From an uncultured delta proteobacterium (GTDB lineage: Bacteria; Desulfobacterota; Desulfobacteria; Desulfobacterales; SG8-13): a stretch of DNA of 64,000 bases. Location of the stretch: contig CAWKCK010000017.1 of NCBI GenBank assembly GCA_963848135.1, forward strand, positions 248,001-312,000. The letters are read 5' to 3'. The notes beneath the pieces were generated by a model that was given only the letters and a program-made list of their open reading frames with translations, was not told the origin of the DNA and searched no databases. Made by a program: the position numbers and the translations under genes. Positions 10,691 through 21,529 of this stretch are shown here, in pieces; position 1 is the first letter of the stretch, and the number at the start of each line of letters is the position of its first letter.

Positions 10691-10819
10691 CTATTCCCTC
10701 CGGATTGTATGTTTGTCTCCTTTTTTCTTTTTAACAAGAAAGGCAACTATCAAGACAGGGCCCACAAAGAGAGCAATGCCAAGCACCGTTACCAATACAT
10801 AATTGATGATTGTATCCAT
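10691..10819 (-). CDS. Small single-pass membrane protein (42 aa)
   Basis: MDTIINYVLVTVLGIALFVGPVLIVAFLVKKKKGDKHTIRRE*: hydrophobic helix followed by a basic stop-transfer; below the ORF-track cutoff. Confidence 0.55.
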   Translation of the reverse strand: MDTIINYVLVTVLGIALFVGPVLIVAFLVKKKKGDKHTIRRE

Positions 10820-10983
10820 CGCTGCCCTATCCCCCGTATTTCAATCAAACTCGAATATCCATTCAAAACATCCTGTCATCGCATCGTGCATTAATCATAT
10901 TCGTGAAAATATCCCCTATTGCGCATTGAACTTACAACTGCAGCAATTATAATTATAATATAATTGAATCGCAAAGGTGCTAC

Positions 10984-11178
10984 ATGAAATTAATAGTTTG
11001 TGAATGCGGTGGCTCTCCTCAAGTAACACACAGTTTAGAAGAAGACCTGTATGTCGTTTCTTGCCCTCAATGTAACAGCTCTACGCCTGAATACAGCGAT
11101 TTCAATGACGCACAGCGAATGTGGAACAACTGGTGTTGGAGATTGGGATATTGCGTTCCAGAAGACGCCATGGCATAA
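10984..11178 (+). CDS. Small zinc-ribbon protein (Lar-like)
   Basis: CECGG...CPQC...AQRMWN pattern; AAGG RBS. Confidence 0.6.
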   Translation: MKLIVCECGGSPQVTHSLEEDLYVVSCPQCNSSTPEYSDFNDAQRMWNNWCWRLGYCVPEDAMA

Positions 11179-11532
11179 CCACCAGTAATAGATAAGAACC
11201 GAATCCCTGGCAGGTATGAAACCATTGGCAATTTAGCCAGGCTTCTGCGATACCATAAGGCCAAGAAATACCCCAAACGCCTGGTGATAAAAGGATTCAG
11301 GCCCTGTCTCTCAAACCAGAGCGGCGGGTCTTTTCTTTTAGATATGACCGGAAAGATATCGGAATCGTGAATCGGGCAAGCCGGCTATCTCACGGACCGG
11401 GTGAGATGAGAAGAGAACAAACGAGAGCTAAATCACTACAAACAGGTGAATAGACTGCGGACCTGAAGCAATTCAGGAACCAATTTTACGGTCGCACCGG
11501 AGACTTATTGTCATCACAGTTTAATATACATA

Positions 11533-11727
11533 GGTTGAGCGGTTCAACGTTCATAGTTCCCAGTCAAAGTTCCATAACTGGTCTCTGATAATCGTATTAT
11601 GCCTCAATTCGTTGGAATTCCATGTTTCAGCCAAAAGGTGAAAACGGCCAATCCAAACAATGGCGTTTAAAGTTTAAGAAATCAGAACACTATAACCTTT
11701 GAACCCTTAACTCTGAACCTGGAACCG
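11533..11727. repeat. Inverted arrays of degenerate heptamer repeats (GTTCA.. / ..TGAAC)
   Basis: GGTTGAGCGGTTCAACGTTCATAGTTC at 11533-11559 and TAACCTT TGAACCC TTAACTC TGAACCT GGAACCG at 11693-11727. Confidence 0.55.
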
Positions 11728-11890
11728 ATCAGTTTAAGTTATATTATCCCTTGTCCAGATGAAAAATATCTCCTTCACAAAGAATTCTCTTGTGGCAAAG
11801 CATCGGCGTCGAAACGAATAGATGACGGCTATTGTTGGTTACCGTCAGACACCGCAGTAGCCTAGCGCATGCAGTCATGTCTGTTAATTT

Positions 11891-12091
11891 TCAACCGGGA
11901 ATTCTTTTAATGGTACCGTTGGCAATCAACCCTTGGAACTGCTCGAGCAATTTTTGCTCCATCGCATCGATTTTTGAATCTGCGTTAGCCGTTGCGAGAA
12001 TTTCATCATACTCGGAACTCGTGATTTCACAATCTGAGATCGCTTTTTTTATTACATCAGCGAGTTTTTGACCGGTTTCACCTGATTTCAT
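11891..12091 (-). CDS. Small hypothetical protein
   Basis: 66 aa from MKSGETG, preceded by GGGGGAG RBS. Confidence 0.7.
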   Translation of the reverse strand: MKSGETGQKLADVIKKAISDCEITSSEYDEILATANADSKIDAMEQKLLEQFQGLIANGTIKRIPG

Positions 12092-12600
12092 AAGATCTCC
12101 CCCCATCATTTCAAGTTATAACGAACATTATTAGATTTTTCATCTGCACTTTTAACCCAGTCGACCCTTGAAGTCAATTACATCCTTTATGCAACCATAT
12201 CAACCAAATATCGGATAATAATCTTTAAAAAAGAAACATTACAGGGACCAATATGGCCTCTGCATCACCCAAGTTGGGCATTTCATATTTTCGAAATATG
12301 AAAATAAACAATAAAAATAAGGAATTCTACCCATCAGAATTTCAAAAATATAAAACCTTACCGGATTTCCAGTTTCACCGCATCGATGGCGTCAAATGAC
12401 GTCCCGCATAGTTTACTATAGCGGAACGACATTTTCCTTTTACCTGCGGTAAGCTTGAAAATCGCTCAATTTGGGTATCATTAAATAAGAAGCAGAATTT
12501 AGCAAACTCAGAAATAAAGAAAAACAAGTGGAATTGAAATTTTTTTCAAACGGTAAAACTAACCGGTTCAGACCCAGCACCGCCTTCCAGATTGCAAAAG

Positions 12601-13089
12601 TTAACCGAACATGTAAAACCCGAGAGCCTTGTCCGAGGGATTTGAGGGGTGCATGGAGAGGAAGGCGACGCCCAGTTCGGCCTTGTCGATCTTCTTGATT
12701 TCAACTTCCTTCTTGATCAGGGAGTGGTTGGCGTCATCGAGGGAAAATTCGATCACCAGCCGGTCGCCGATGGCAAAGCCACCTTTGTCATTCAGCTTGA
12801 GCTTCAATCCGGTGCGGGAGAGATCGATCACCGTCATATACCCCTTGCCCCGCGGCCGTCCATTGACCAGGTGGGTGAAAGTGCCGGGCAGGTTCACCGC
12901 CTTGCGGTACTGCTGTCGCCTCTCAATGGTGGCCCGGTATTTGTTCCCGCACCGCTTACAGGTGACCCGCACACTGACGGCTTTCTCCAGCCCCTTGTGT
13001 TCGGTAATACTAACGATACGGGGGTGCTGGCACTCAGGACAGGTGAAAGTAATCATCTGTTTGCTGGTAATATACACTTTCTGGGACAT
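12601..13089 (-). CDS. Zinc-ribbon + PilZ domain protein
   Basis: CPEC/CKRC, then RxxxR (RQQYR) and DLSRTG. Confidence 0.85.
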   Translation of the reverse strand: MSQKVYITSKQMITFTCPECQHPRIVSITEHKGLEKAVSVRVTCKRCGNKYRATIERRQQYRKAVNLPGTFTHLVNGRPRGKGYMTVIDLSRTGLKLKLNDKGGFAIGDRLVIEFSLDDANHSLIKKEVEIKKIDKAELGVAFLSMHPSNPSDKALGFYMFG

Positions 13090-13443
13090 GCGGCTTCCGT
13101 GTGGTAGAGTATCGATATTAAAAGTGTCTGGCGATTAACGATAACCGATTTCGTTCAAAATGAGGATTCAAACAGAAATCTCCCAACGTTGAAAGAATGA
13201 CTTACTGAGCACTTATAACTATAGGCCAAAATTCGATAAAAATCAAATATCTTATCCACTTATCCCGGACATGCCACCGATTGGTCGATAGGCCCTCTTC
13301 GTCTTTGCGCTTGAAGACTCATCTTTAAAATATTTATAAAATTTTCGGGTTGGCACTTCCGCCCCCCCGTTGGTGAAAAAGTATTCTTGGTTAGCGTGTT
13401 GTCAGAATAAAGTGCCGCCATCCACCGCTTCACTCTCTTTGTC

Positions 13444-13492
13444 GTTTTGGATTTTAGATTCTGGATTTTGGAATGGTGGAATCGTTGCGCTC
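13444..13492. repeat. Short heptamer tandem repeat (GATTTTG-like)
   Basis: GTTTTG GATTTTA GATTCTG GATTTTG GAATGG. Confidence 0.5.
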
Positions 13493-13628
13493 TTTCCTTA
13501 TTTAAATTCCCCGTGAACAGCCGGCAATCATATTGACAGAAACAAAATATTATTATAAGTTATATCTGGCAGTTGCGCTTGGTTTAACCTTCAAGCCCCT
13601 GGAGACCCACCGATAAAGGAATCGTTCT

Positions 13629-14186
13629 ATGGAAGACGCCGACGAGAGAGTAGAATCGTACCGGATCATCACCAAACTTTTCAGTGCCATCGGTAACCTC
13701 AGCGAAGAACAGCAACTGGTGCTTCTCAGGCAACTTATAAAGAACCGCCTTAAAACTCATTTGTTCAAAGCCATCATCGATTTGACCCAAGTTCAACAGC
13801 TCAAACTTCTGCGGCAGCTTGAAAATCTAACGACCTATGATCAGCCGGTCAAAACACTGAGCCTGGACGATGACCAGTCCTTCATGCGCGAGCACAAACG
13901 CAAAGACTGCCTGCTGAACGTGAACTATTCCACAGGCGGAAAGGATTTCAAGGACTACATACTCAACATCAGCACCGTCGGCGTTTTTATAGAGACAGAA
14001 GCGGCCTTCACCACCGACCAGGAAATGGTCCTCACCTTCAAGCTCCCGAATTATCAGCAACCGCTGACTTTGGACGCCAGTGTGACCTGGATCGGTGACA
14101 AAGGCGTCGGCATCAGGTTCACCAACCTGTCACCCTATCAGGAAGAGATCATTCGCTCTTACATCGAAAAAGAAGATTCCGCCTGA
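13629..14186 (+). CDS. PilZ domain protein
   Basis: REHKR and NISTVG motifs, C-terminal GVGIRF. Confidence 0.85.
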   Translation: MEDADERVESYRIITKLFSAIGNLSEEQQLVLLRQLIKNRLKTHLFKAIIDLTQVQQLKLLRQLENLTTYDQPVKTLSLDDDQSFMREHKRKDCLLNVNYSTGGKDFKDYILNISTVGVFIETEAAFTTDQEMVLTFKLPNYQQPLTLDASVTWIGDKGVGIRFTNLSPYQEEIIRSYIEKEDSA

Positions 14187-14420
14187 TTTCTCCGTCTCTC
14201 CCTTTCGGCCTTCCACCGGTTCGATGACCGTTATATCGATTAAAAACTATCCAACCATAAGTTATCATTTAATATATTTTCCATACAATTGCGAACAACT
14301 TGCGTTGGCAGCGGTGAAATGATAAAATTGGTCATACAATCGAACGCGGCATACCGCCGCACCGGCCAAGTATAAGAGGTGGCCGGATTCGCCCGAAACT
14401 TCTCATCAAAAGGATAGGAT

Positions 14421-15284
14421 ATGGATCTCATCTACACGTCCATGTGTGCGCTGGCCCTTCTCGGGGCGACCATTCTTTCATTGGTGGTGTTGGTAAAATC
14501 GTTCAAACAAGGCGGTGTGCTAACCGGTATTCTCGGGCTCATGACCGGGGGACTGTACACCTATGTGTGGGGGTGGCTCAAGTCGAAACAACTTCAGCTG
14601 ACGAAACCGATGCTGTTGTGGTCAGTGTGTATGATTCTGGCCGGAGCCCTGGTTTATATGACAAGCCCGGCCAAACTGCTGCAGTCGCTTCCCGACGAGG
14701 GTGGACTGGGGCTGTTGTCCCAAAACCTCAAAAAGATTATCGCAGATAAAAACACAAACAAACCGGTGGCCCGAAAAGTGAGAAAACGGATCACCGCAAA
14801 AAAACCAAGCCCCAATGACAGCCTGAAGAATGCGGATTGGAACACCCGCGCGGTTTCGCTATGGCAGAAGGCCCGGTATACGGATTCGCAGAAAGCCGTC
14901 ACGTTTCTTCAAAAGGCAATTCATGAGAATCCAGCGTTTGCCGAGGCATACAACAACCGCGGCAACGCCTATCGCGACATGAAAGATTATGCCAAGGCCA
15001 TACAGGACTACAACAAGGCGATCAGCCTGGCCCCCAACCTGGAGCAGACCTACAACAACCGGGGTAACATCTATTTCGATCAGCGCAACTACCAGATGGC
15101 CATCAGAGATTACAACAAGGCCTTATCCTTGAATGCCGACTACCCCCTGGCCTACCTGAACCGCGGGCTTGCCTATCACAAGTTGAGAAATGACGACCTC
15201 GCCTGTCGTGATTTCGTCCGGGCCTGCGAGCTCGGCGAATGTGACGGAGTCCAATGGGGCAAGAAAACCCAAACCTGCCAATGA
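14421..15284 (+). CDS. Membrane-anchored TPR protein
   Basis: N-terminal TM helices; repeated AYNNRG..Y....Y..AI.DYNKAI. Confidence 0.9.
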   Translation: MDLIYTSMCALALLGATILSLVVLVKSFKQGGVLTGILGLMTGGLYTYVWGWLKSKQLQLTKPMLLWSVCMILAGALVYMTSPAKLLQSLPDEGGLGLLSQNLKKIIADKNTNKPVARKVRKRITAKKPSPNDSLKNADWNTRAVSLWQKARYTDSQKAVTFLQKAIHENPAFAEAYNNRGNAYRDMKDYAKAIQDYNKAISLAPNLEQTYNNRGNIYFDQRNYQMAIRDYNKALSLNADYPLAYLNRGLAYHKLRNDDLACRDFVRACELGECDGVQWGKKTQTCQ

Positions 15285-15412
15285 TCATCGCCAGGCTGTG
15301 GTTATCGGGACGAACCGGCAACCGCAGATCGATCAAAGTCAAATGACGGGAAGCCGGTTTCGAAAACCGGTTTCCCATTTTTATGTCTCGACCCGCCTCC
15401 CCTGCCCGGCCG

Positions 15413-16093
15413 TCAACGGCACGCCACCGAACCATCCCCATCCCGGGACGCTCCGGTCGTTATATGAATAAACGCCGCTTCCAGGGCCGTGCGTTGTTGT
15501 TTTACCCGATCGACGCTCCGTTCGAATGTCCCCCTCAACGACACTGGCACCCTTCTCATCCGCGCCGCCTGGGTCGGACAGACGTACCAGGTACAGACCC
15601 AGGGACGCATGATGCGCGGCAGCCGGCAGCCCCGGTGGCCCAAGTATCGACAGCGATCACCCGGGACGGACAACGCCTGGCTGTCGGGGATCTCGCTACC
15701 GCACAGGTGCATGAAAAGCAGGTCTTTGAAGTCGAACCATGCCCAGGCTTTCTCGCAGCAGGGGTCCGGGCAGAGCCGGCAGGTTGAAAGGCAGAGCCGG
15801 TCGGCCGTGAAAAAAAGAGATTTCAGATGATCGGCCAGCCGGAGGGCGAGGGCCCGGGTGGGGATGAAGAAAGGGTCGTGGCGTTGGATGAGGCGACTGA
15901 TGGCCTGGTTGACGGCCCGCCATTCCGCCGGGTTTGACCATGGGGCCGTGACCGCTTCACACGGCGTGTTCGGGCGGGTCGAGACCGTAATGCACCCGGC
16001 CGGTGCCGGCCGCCGGGCCGCATCACGGCGTTCAGGCACCTGTTGAAACGATTCCCAAGTACACCGTTCCGTGATTTTCATTCCGGCATTCAA
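15413..16093 (-). CDS. Cys-cluster protein (YkgJ/CxxCxxCC-like)
   Basis: CRLCPDPCC, CRYLGHRGCRL...RPWVCTWYVC. Confidence 0.65.
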   Translation of the reverse strand: MNAGMKITERCTWESFQQVPERRDAARRPAPAGCITVSTRPNTPCEAVTAPWSNPAEWRAVNQAISRLIQRHDPFFIPTRALALRLADHLKSLFFTADRLCLSTCRLCPDPCCEKAWAWFDFKDLLFMHLCGSEIPDSQALSVPGDRCRYLGHRGCRLPRIMRPWVCTWYVCPTQAARMRRVPVSLRGTFERSVDRVKQQRTALEAAFIHITTGASRDGDGSVACR

Positions 16094-16120
16094 AAACGAC
16101 GGATTCCGTCAAAAAAAGTA

Positions 16121-18610
16121 TCAGCCGCACTTGTTGAACCCGCAAAAGTGGCATATCATGCACCCTTCTTCGAAGCTGACCGTCTGGCCACACTCGGGGC
16201 AGGTTTCTCCCAACAGGGCGTTTTTCCGGTTGGCCCGACCGCCGGTATTGTCTTCGGTCAGATACCGTTTTTCGAGAACCCTGGCGATGGCATCCGGAAT
16301 GGACAGGACCAGGCCACCCTGTTGAAATACCGGATGCTCGCCGCCGATGCCTTTGAGTTGATCGACGATGGCATTCACCTTGACGCCGGCCCTGAGCGCC
16401 AAGGACACCAGACGACCGATGGCCTCGGTCTTAGCGGTAGTTGATCGGCCCGATTTGCCGATGGTGGCGAAAACTTCGAACGGCTGTCCACCGTATTCCG
16501 TTACGGTGACATAGAGTTGCCCCAGACCTGTCTTGGTCTTGGTGGTGAAACCCTCCAGAGTGTCGGGGCGCTCTTTGACGGCGGTCATAAAACCGCTGCC
16601 TTTGATTTCCTTTTCGGAAAAGGAGAGCACCTGATTCTCCTTGCTGCCGTCCCTGTAAATGGTTACCCCTTTGCATCCGAGTTCGTAAGCCAGATTGTAA
16701 ACCTTCAACACATCCGCCGTTGTGGCATCCCGGGGCAGATTGACGGTTTTGGATACGGCATTGTCCGTATATTTCTGGAACGCCGCCTGCATCCGGACGT
16801 GCCACTCCGGTTCAACGTCATGGGCGGTAACAAAGGTTTTACGCACCTCTTCCGGAACGTCTTCCAGGTGCGCAATGCTCCCCTTCTTGGCTATCCGGCT
16901 CATCAGCTCCGGGCTGTAGAAACCCTGCTCACGGGCCACACGTTCGAAATGAGGATTGACCTCGATCAACTCGTCGTTGTCCATGACCCGTCGGACAAAA
17001 CTTAAGGCAAACAGGGGTTCGATACCGCTGGAGCACCCGGCGATAATGCTCAACGTGCCCGTGGGGGCGATGGTGGTGACAGTCGCATTTCTATACTGGC
17101 TGCCATTTCGATCTTTATAAACGCTATTGCCGAAGTTTTCGAAAACCCCGCGGGTTTTTGCCAGTTCGCTTGACGCCGAATGTGCTTCGGTCTGAATAAA
17201 CGACATGACTTCTTCGGCGATTTTCAGTGCCTCTTCGGAATGGTACGGCACACCGAGTTCAAAAAGAATATCGGCAAATCCCATCACCCCGAGCCCGATC
17301 TTGCGGTTGCCTTTGACCATGGCGGTGATTTCCGGCAACGGGTATTGCGACATATCGATGGTGTTGTCCAGAAAACGGACGGCCAGCCAGGTGATTTCCT
17401 TGAGCCTCTCGTAGTCGACGGCCGGCGCCCCGTCTTTTTGGGTAACGAATTTCGCCAGGTTAATAGAGCCGAGGTTGCAGGCTTCAAATGGGAGTAGGGG
17501 CTGCTCGCCGCAGGGATTGGTGCTTTCTATCTCACCGATACCCGGCGTGGGATTGTCGCGGTTGATCCGATCCAGAAAGATAACGCCCGGGTCACCATTT
17601 TCCCATGCCTGCTCGACGAGATGGAGGTAGACCTCGGCCGCGTTCAGTTCATCGACCTTATTGCCCTCCCTGGGATCAATCAGGTCATAGGTTGACAGCA
17701 ACTTGACCGATTCCATGAAGTCATCCGTTACACCAACCGATATGTTGAAATTGTTCAGATCGTGATGCTTTTTTTTGCAGGAGATAAAATCAAGAATGTC
17801 CGGATGATCGACCCGCAGGATCGACATGTTGGCCCCCCGCCGGGTACCACCCTGTTTGACCTGTTCAGTGGCGGTATTGAAAATTTTCATAAAGGAGACC
17901 GGCCCGGAGGCCACACCACCGGTGCTGCCGACCCGACTGTCTTTGGCACGCAACCGCGAAAAGGAGAAACCGGTGCCACCGCCGGACTTGTGGATCATCG
18001 CCGCATTTTTCAGGGCAGAAAAAATCCCATCCAGACTGTCATCGACCGGCAACACGAAGCAGGCGGCCAGTTGACCCAATCGGCGTCCGGCATTCATCAG
18101 CGTCGGAGAGTTCGGCAGAAAGTAAAATTCCGTCATCATCCGGTAGAAAAGGCCCTCCATTAATTCCACCTGATCTTCTCCACCATAGTTTTTTTCCGAC
18201 TGAGCGATGTGATGTGCGACCCGCCTGAACATCTCCTGTGGCGTTTCGATCACATTCCCATTGATGTCCTTTTTCAGATATCGCCTCTCCAGGACGGTCC
18301 GGGCATTGTCGGTTAAAACCAATTCGTTTTTGACAAAAATTGATTTGTCGAGGTGAACCGAAGATGTCGAAGGAACACCGAATTCACCCATCTTGGCCCC
18401 GATCAGTTTTTCTATGACACCTGAATTAATGGTATCCTGCTCCATTTTGGCAATCTCCTCACGCATAAATCGACTGATGGCAATGGCTTGTTCGCTGTTG
18501 ATCGGGTTCTGCCTGGTCAGCAGGTCCGAAAACCGGTGGTCATCCCAGCGGTATTCTCCCAAATCAAACCGTCCGTCTGCGGTAACCAATACTTTAGCTT
18601 GTTGGCCCAT
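16121..18610 (-). CDS. nrdJ: Class II adenosylcobalamin-dependent ribonucleotide reductase
   Basis: [39 protein letters not shown]-terminal TSCPD-like domain and CPEC...CHFC zinc ribbon. Confidence 0.97.
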   Translation of the reverse strand: MGQQAKVLVTADGRFDLGEYRWDDHRFSDLLTRQNPINSEQAIAISRFMREEIAKMEQDTINSGVIEKLIGAKMGEFGVPSTSSVHLDKSIFVKNELVLTDNARTVLERRYLKKDINGNVIETPQEMFRRVAHHIAQSEKNYGGEDQVELMEGLFYRMMTEFYFLPNSPTLMNAGRRLGQLAACFVLPVDDSLDGIFSALKNAAMIHKSGGGTGFSFSRLRAKDSRVGSTGGVASGPVSFMKIFNTATEQVKQGGTRRGANMSILRVDHPDILDFISCKKKHHDLNNFNISVGVTDDFMESVKLLSTYDLIDPREGNKVDELNAAEVYLHLVEQAWENGDPGVIFLDRINRDNPTPGIGEIESTNPCGEQPLLPFEACNLGSINLAKFVTQKDGAPAVDYERLKEITWLAVRFLDNTIDMSQYPLPEITAMVKGNRKIGLGVMGFADILFELGVPYHSEEALKIAEEVMSFIQTEAHSASSELAKTRGVFENFGNSVYKDRNGSQYRNATVTTIAPTGTLSIIAGCSSGIEPLFALSFVRRVMDNDELIEVNPHFERVAREQGFYSPELMSRIAKKGSIAHLEDVPEEVRKTFVTAHDVEPEWHVRMQAAFQKYTDNAVSKTVNLPRDATTADVLKVYNLAYELGCKGVTIYRDGSKENQVLSFSEKEIKGSGFMTAVKERPDTLEGFTTKTKTGLGQLYVTVTEYGGQPFEVFATIGKSGRSTTAKTEAIGRLVSLALRAGVKVNAIVDQLKGIGGEHPVFQQGGLVLSIPDAIARVLEKRYLTEDNTGGRANRKNALLGETCPECGQTVSFEEGCMICHFCGFNKCG

Positions 18611-18789
18611 CTATCTTCTCTCCTAATAGTCTATCTCATCTGTCTATGCGTTGCCGTTCTATGGTCGGGGTATCACGATGCGCGAACATGAAGTCAGAAA
18701 AGCGGCCGCCGGTCGATACCATTCGCAGTCGGGGAGCAAAAATCGTGGATACGACGCCATCAATCGTAAAAGCAGGAAAAATCTTTATC

Positions 18790-18836
18790 ACACAACATAT
18801 AGTGCGTCAATAATATTCTATAACTATATCTGGATC
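18790..18836 (-). promoter_or_regulatory. Tandem NrdR boxes overlapping the nrdJ promoter
   Basis: GCACTATATGTTGTGT (minus strand, 18805-18790) and TAACTATATCTGGATC (18821-18836), starts 31 bp apart; -35-like TTGACG at 18810-18805. Confidence 0.8.
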
Positions 18837-18902
18837 CGAATCGGTTTGGTCACCGCTTAGCCGAGGGACTTCAAATGATTCCATCGATAGGATGGTCAAT
18901 GA

Positions 18903-19613
18903 TTAAAATCGTCTGGAAGCGACCGGCGCCGGCCTGCTCGCATTACGATCGAGGCCTTGGTTTGGAAAGAAGCCTAAAACGAAAATTGTTATATTGCCTT
19001 GCCAGATGTCGACTTGCCGAACGACGGTGAGGCGATGCCTGGCGGCCAGGTTCTCGAGACCGTGGCTGGACATAAACTGGCGATAATTAACATAATGAGC
19101 ACCGCCGGCGATAAACTCAACACTGAAACTCAGCCAGCGAAGAATCAGGCCGACGGGAGACCTCACCGGCCGCCAAGCATAGTCCATAACCAGCAGATGT
19201 CCATCATCGACAAGAACGCGGCGTGTTTCATCGAGCACCGCAGATCGGATAGCCGGTGCCATTTCGTGCAGCGCCATGGTCATCAGAACGAGATCAAATG
19301 CCCCGCTTCGAAAAGGCAACCGGCTGGCATCTCCCCGGGCGAGGAAAAACCGTCCGGTGAGCTTCTTGGCAGCCTCTATCAACATCGACGGTGAGCGATC
19401 AAGCCCAAACGCTGCGGCGCCGCAGCGCACATATCGACCTAAATGCGAACCGGTACCGCAACCGACATCCAATACGCGGCTGTTTTTCCGTGGTGGTAGG
19501 ATTTTTTCGGCCTCAGTCCTCACATTTTTCAGAAATGGTTCAACCAGGGTATCGTACCACCCGGCGAACTTGCGGTAGGGATCTGAGTCGATTGACTTAT
19601 CGGTCCAAAGCAT
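18903..19613 (-). CDS. Class I SAM-dependent methyltransferase
   Basis: VLDVGCGTG, GDASRLPF, FDLV. Confidence 0.9.
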   Translation of the reverse strand: MLWTDKSIDSDPYRKFAGWYDTLVEPFLKNVRTEAEKILPPRKNSRVLDVGCGTGSHLGRYVRCGAAAFGLDRSPSMLIEAAKKLTGRFFLARGDASRLPFRSGAFDLVLMTMALHEMAPAIRSAVLDETRRVLVDDGHLLVMDYAWRPVRSPVGLILRWLSFSVEFIAGGAHYVNYRQFMSSHGLENLAARHRLTVVRQVDIWQGNITIFVLGFFPNQGLDRNASRPAPVASRRF

Positions 19614-19646
19614 TTTATACCGCCTTTAAATCCGCCTTATGATCTG

Positions 19647-19690
19647 GGATTCAATGACCTCCGACAAAACCGGGGGTTTACAGATGATCG
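19647..19690. repeat. Solo IS200/IS605-type palindromic end (REP-like)
   Basis: GGATTCAATGACCTCCGACAAAACCGGGGGTTTACAGATGAT; its halves match the two ends of the 41100-41393 element. Confidence 0.6.
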
Positions 19691-19730
19691 TTACCGCATC
19701 AACTGTCATCCATATTATCTGAAACTCAAT

Positions 19731-20615
19731 ATGATTAAAACGAGGGACAATTGGATCTATCTTCGAGACGGTCGACGGCTGGGCTACCTGTCGTGCGGTG
19801 ATGAGACCGGCCACCCCGTCTTTTACTGCCATGGATTTCCAGGCTCACGGTTGGAAGTGCTAATAGCGGACCGGATGGCCGCTTGTCATTCCATTCGGCT
19901 GATCGGTATTGATCGGCCGGGATACGGACTCTCGGATACCGCCCCTGGCCGGAGCCTGATCAGTTGGTCCGATGATCTTGCGCAACTGGCCGATCACCTG
20001 GGTGCCAGCCGGTTCTCCGTTCTCGGAGTTTCCGGCGGTGGACCTTATGCCGTGGCCTGCGCGTTCATGTTGCCGTCGCGATTGTCGTCAGTTGAGCTGA
20101 TATGCGGCCTGGCGCCAATCGATACCGCCGGAATCCTGAGTGGAATGACCTTGATCAACCGCTGCGGCTTGCGGTTGTCTGCCGAAGCGTCGTCTTTATT
20201 ACATACAGTACTTGCACCGATATCGATCCTGCTCAGAAAAAAACCGGCCGTCGCCTTGTCAATTATGGCCGCCAGAGCCAAACAACCGGACCGCTCATTT
20301 TTACGCCGGGGTGATATTCACAACGTGCTCTGCACGACATTTCGGGAAGCAATGCGTAACGGAGCGACGGGGGCCGTCAGCGATCTGCGGCTTTACGGCA
20401 CTGCATGGGGATTTCGATTGGATAGAATTCGGGTGCCGATCGACCTCTGGCACGGGGAGAAAGATCGCATTGTACCGGTGGCCATGGGCCGCTGGTTGGC
20501 AGCCGCCATTCCCGGCTGTCAGGCCAGGTTTTTACCTGAACACGGGCACTTCTCGCTGATCCTGGAGGGAATGCCGTCCATATTGGGCCAAATTGCTGCC
20601 CGCAACCGGATCTGA
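19731..20615 (+). CDS. Alpha/beta hydrolase
   Basis: HGFPGSR, DRPGYG, GVSGGG nucleophile elbow, WHGEKD, GH. Confidence 0.92.
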   Translation: MIKTRDNWIYLRDGRRLGYLSCGDETGHPVFYCHGFPGSRLEVLIADRMAACHSIRLIGIDRPGYGLSDTAPGRSLISWSDDLAQLADHLGASRFSVLGVSGGGPYAVACAFMLPSRLSSVELICGLAPIDTAGILSGMTLINRCGLRLSAEASSLLHTVLAPISILLRKKPAVALSIMAARAKQPDRSFLRRGDIHNVLCTTFREAMRNGATGAVSDLRLYGTAWGFRLDRIRVPIDLWHGEKDRIVPVAMGRWLAAAIPGCQARFLPEHGHFSLILEGMPSILGQIAARNRI

Positions 20616-20831
20616 TGCCCTCTTCAGCGATCAGCGGTTCACCGGATGCCATAATCCAGAAATAATGTTAGAGAATCAACAGCGCCTATACCGATCCCGT
20701 GCCCCCCGGCTTTAACGCTGTGCCTTCTCAACGTGGCCTAACGCAATCAGGTAGTGCCCGCTAACACTCCTGATCACCCCTTTATCCCCATTTAAAGATT
20801 TATTAGAAAAACACCCCGAATGCGGGGGTAT

Positions 20832-21488
20832 CTAATTTTGAGCAGCGAGAACCCCGCTTTTTGGTGTAAGCGCACTTACCGGACAAGACTCAATACAGGC
20901 GCGGCATTGACCACATGCCTGACGAACGTCACCGGATCGCCCGAAAAAACCGATCACGGTGCCGAATCCGCGTTTGGTGAACGTCAGTTCGGACCGATTG
21001 CCAGATCTTCGGCAGACATCCACACACCGGCCGCAAAGCACACAACGATTGGGATAGTAATCGAGGCAGGGATGCACAGTGTCGATCGCGGGTTCCTTCA
21101 ACCGGCGAGGAAACGGCTTGGGCGTCAAGCCGACCTTTAGAAACACGGCAATATTCTGCAGGATGCACTGGCGATTAGCGGGGCAGTTTTTACAATCGAC
21201 GTCGTGGACCGACAGTAGCAGCCTGAAAGCCGTTACCTGCAGTTGCCGGACCGATGGAGTATCGGTTCTGACTGCCATGCCGTCACGAACCGTAACGCAG
21301 CAGGACGCCACCGGCTGATCATTGCCTTCAATTTCAACGAAGCACAAGCGGCAGCAAGCCGCAGGACTTTCACTCTCTTCCAGATAGCACAGGTTGGGAA
21401 TAAAATGCCCGTTGTCCAGGCAGGCTTTCAGCAACGGCGTGCCGGCCTCCGTTTCAATCCGCTTCTGGTCAACCTCGATCGTCACCAT
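20832..21488 (-). CDS. NuoG/HoxU-like Fe-S subunit without catalytic domain
   Basis: IPNLC...CCRLCFVE...C, HxxxCxxC, CVLCGRC, CGQCRAC..CP. Confidence 0.85.
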   Translation of the reverse strand: MVTIEVDQKRIETEAGTPLLKACLDNGHFIPNLCYLEESESPAACCRLCFVEIEGNDQPVASCCVTVRDGMAVRTDTPSVRQLQVTAFRLLLSVHDVDCKNCPANRQCILQNIAVFLKVGLTPKPFPRRLKEPAIDTVHPCLDYYPNRCVLCGRCVDVCRRSGNRSELTFTKRGFGTVIGFFGRSGDVRQACGQCRACIESCPVSALTPKSGVLAAQN

Positions 21489-21529
21489 TGCGGCGCCTTT
21501 CTGTTGTTAGATATTATCCGACATTCGGG

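Noticed and set aside
9122..10894. Short ORFs 9122-9364, 10361-10639, 10491-10802 and 10709-10894
   Set aside because: No RBS or motifs; they overlap the tRNA-like sequence or the better minus-strand small ORF.
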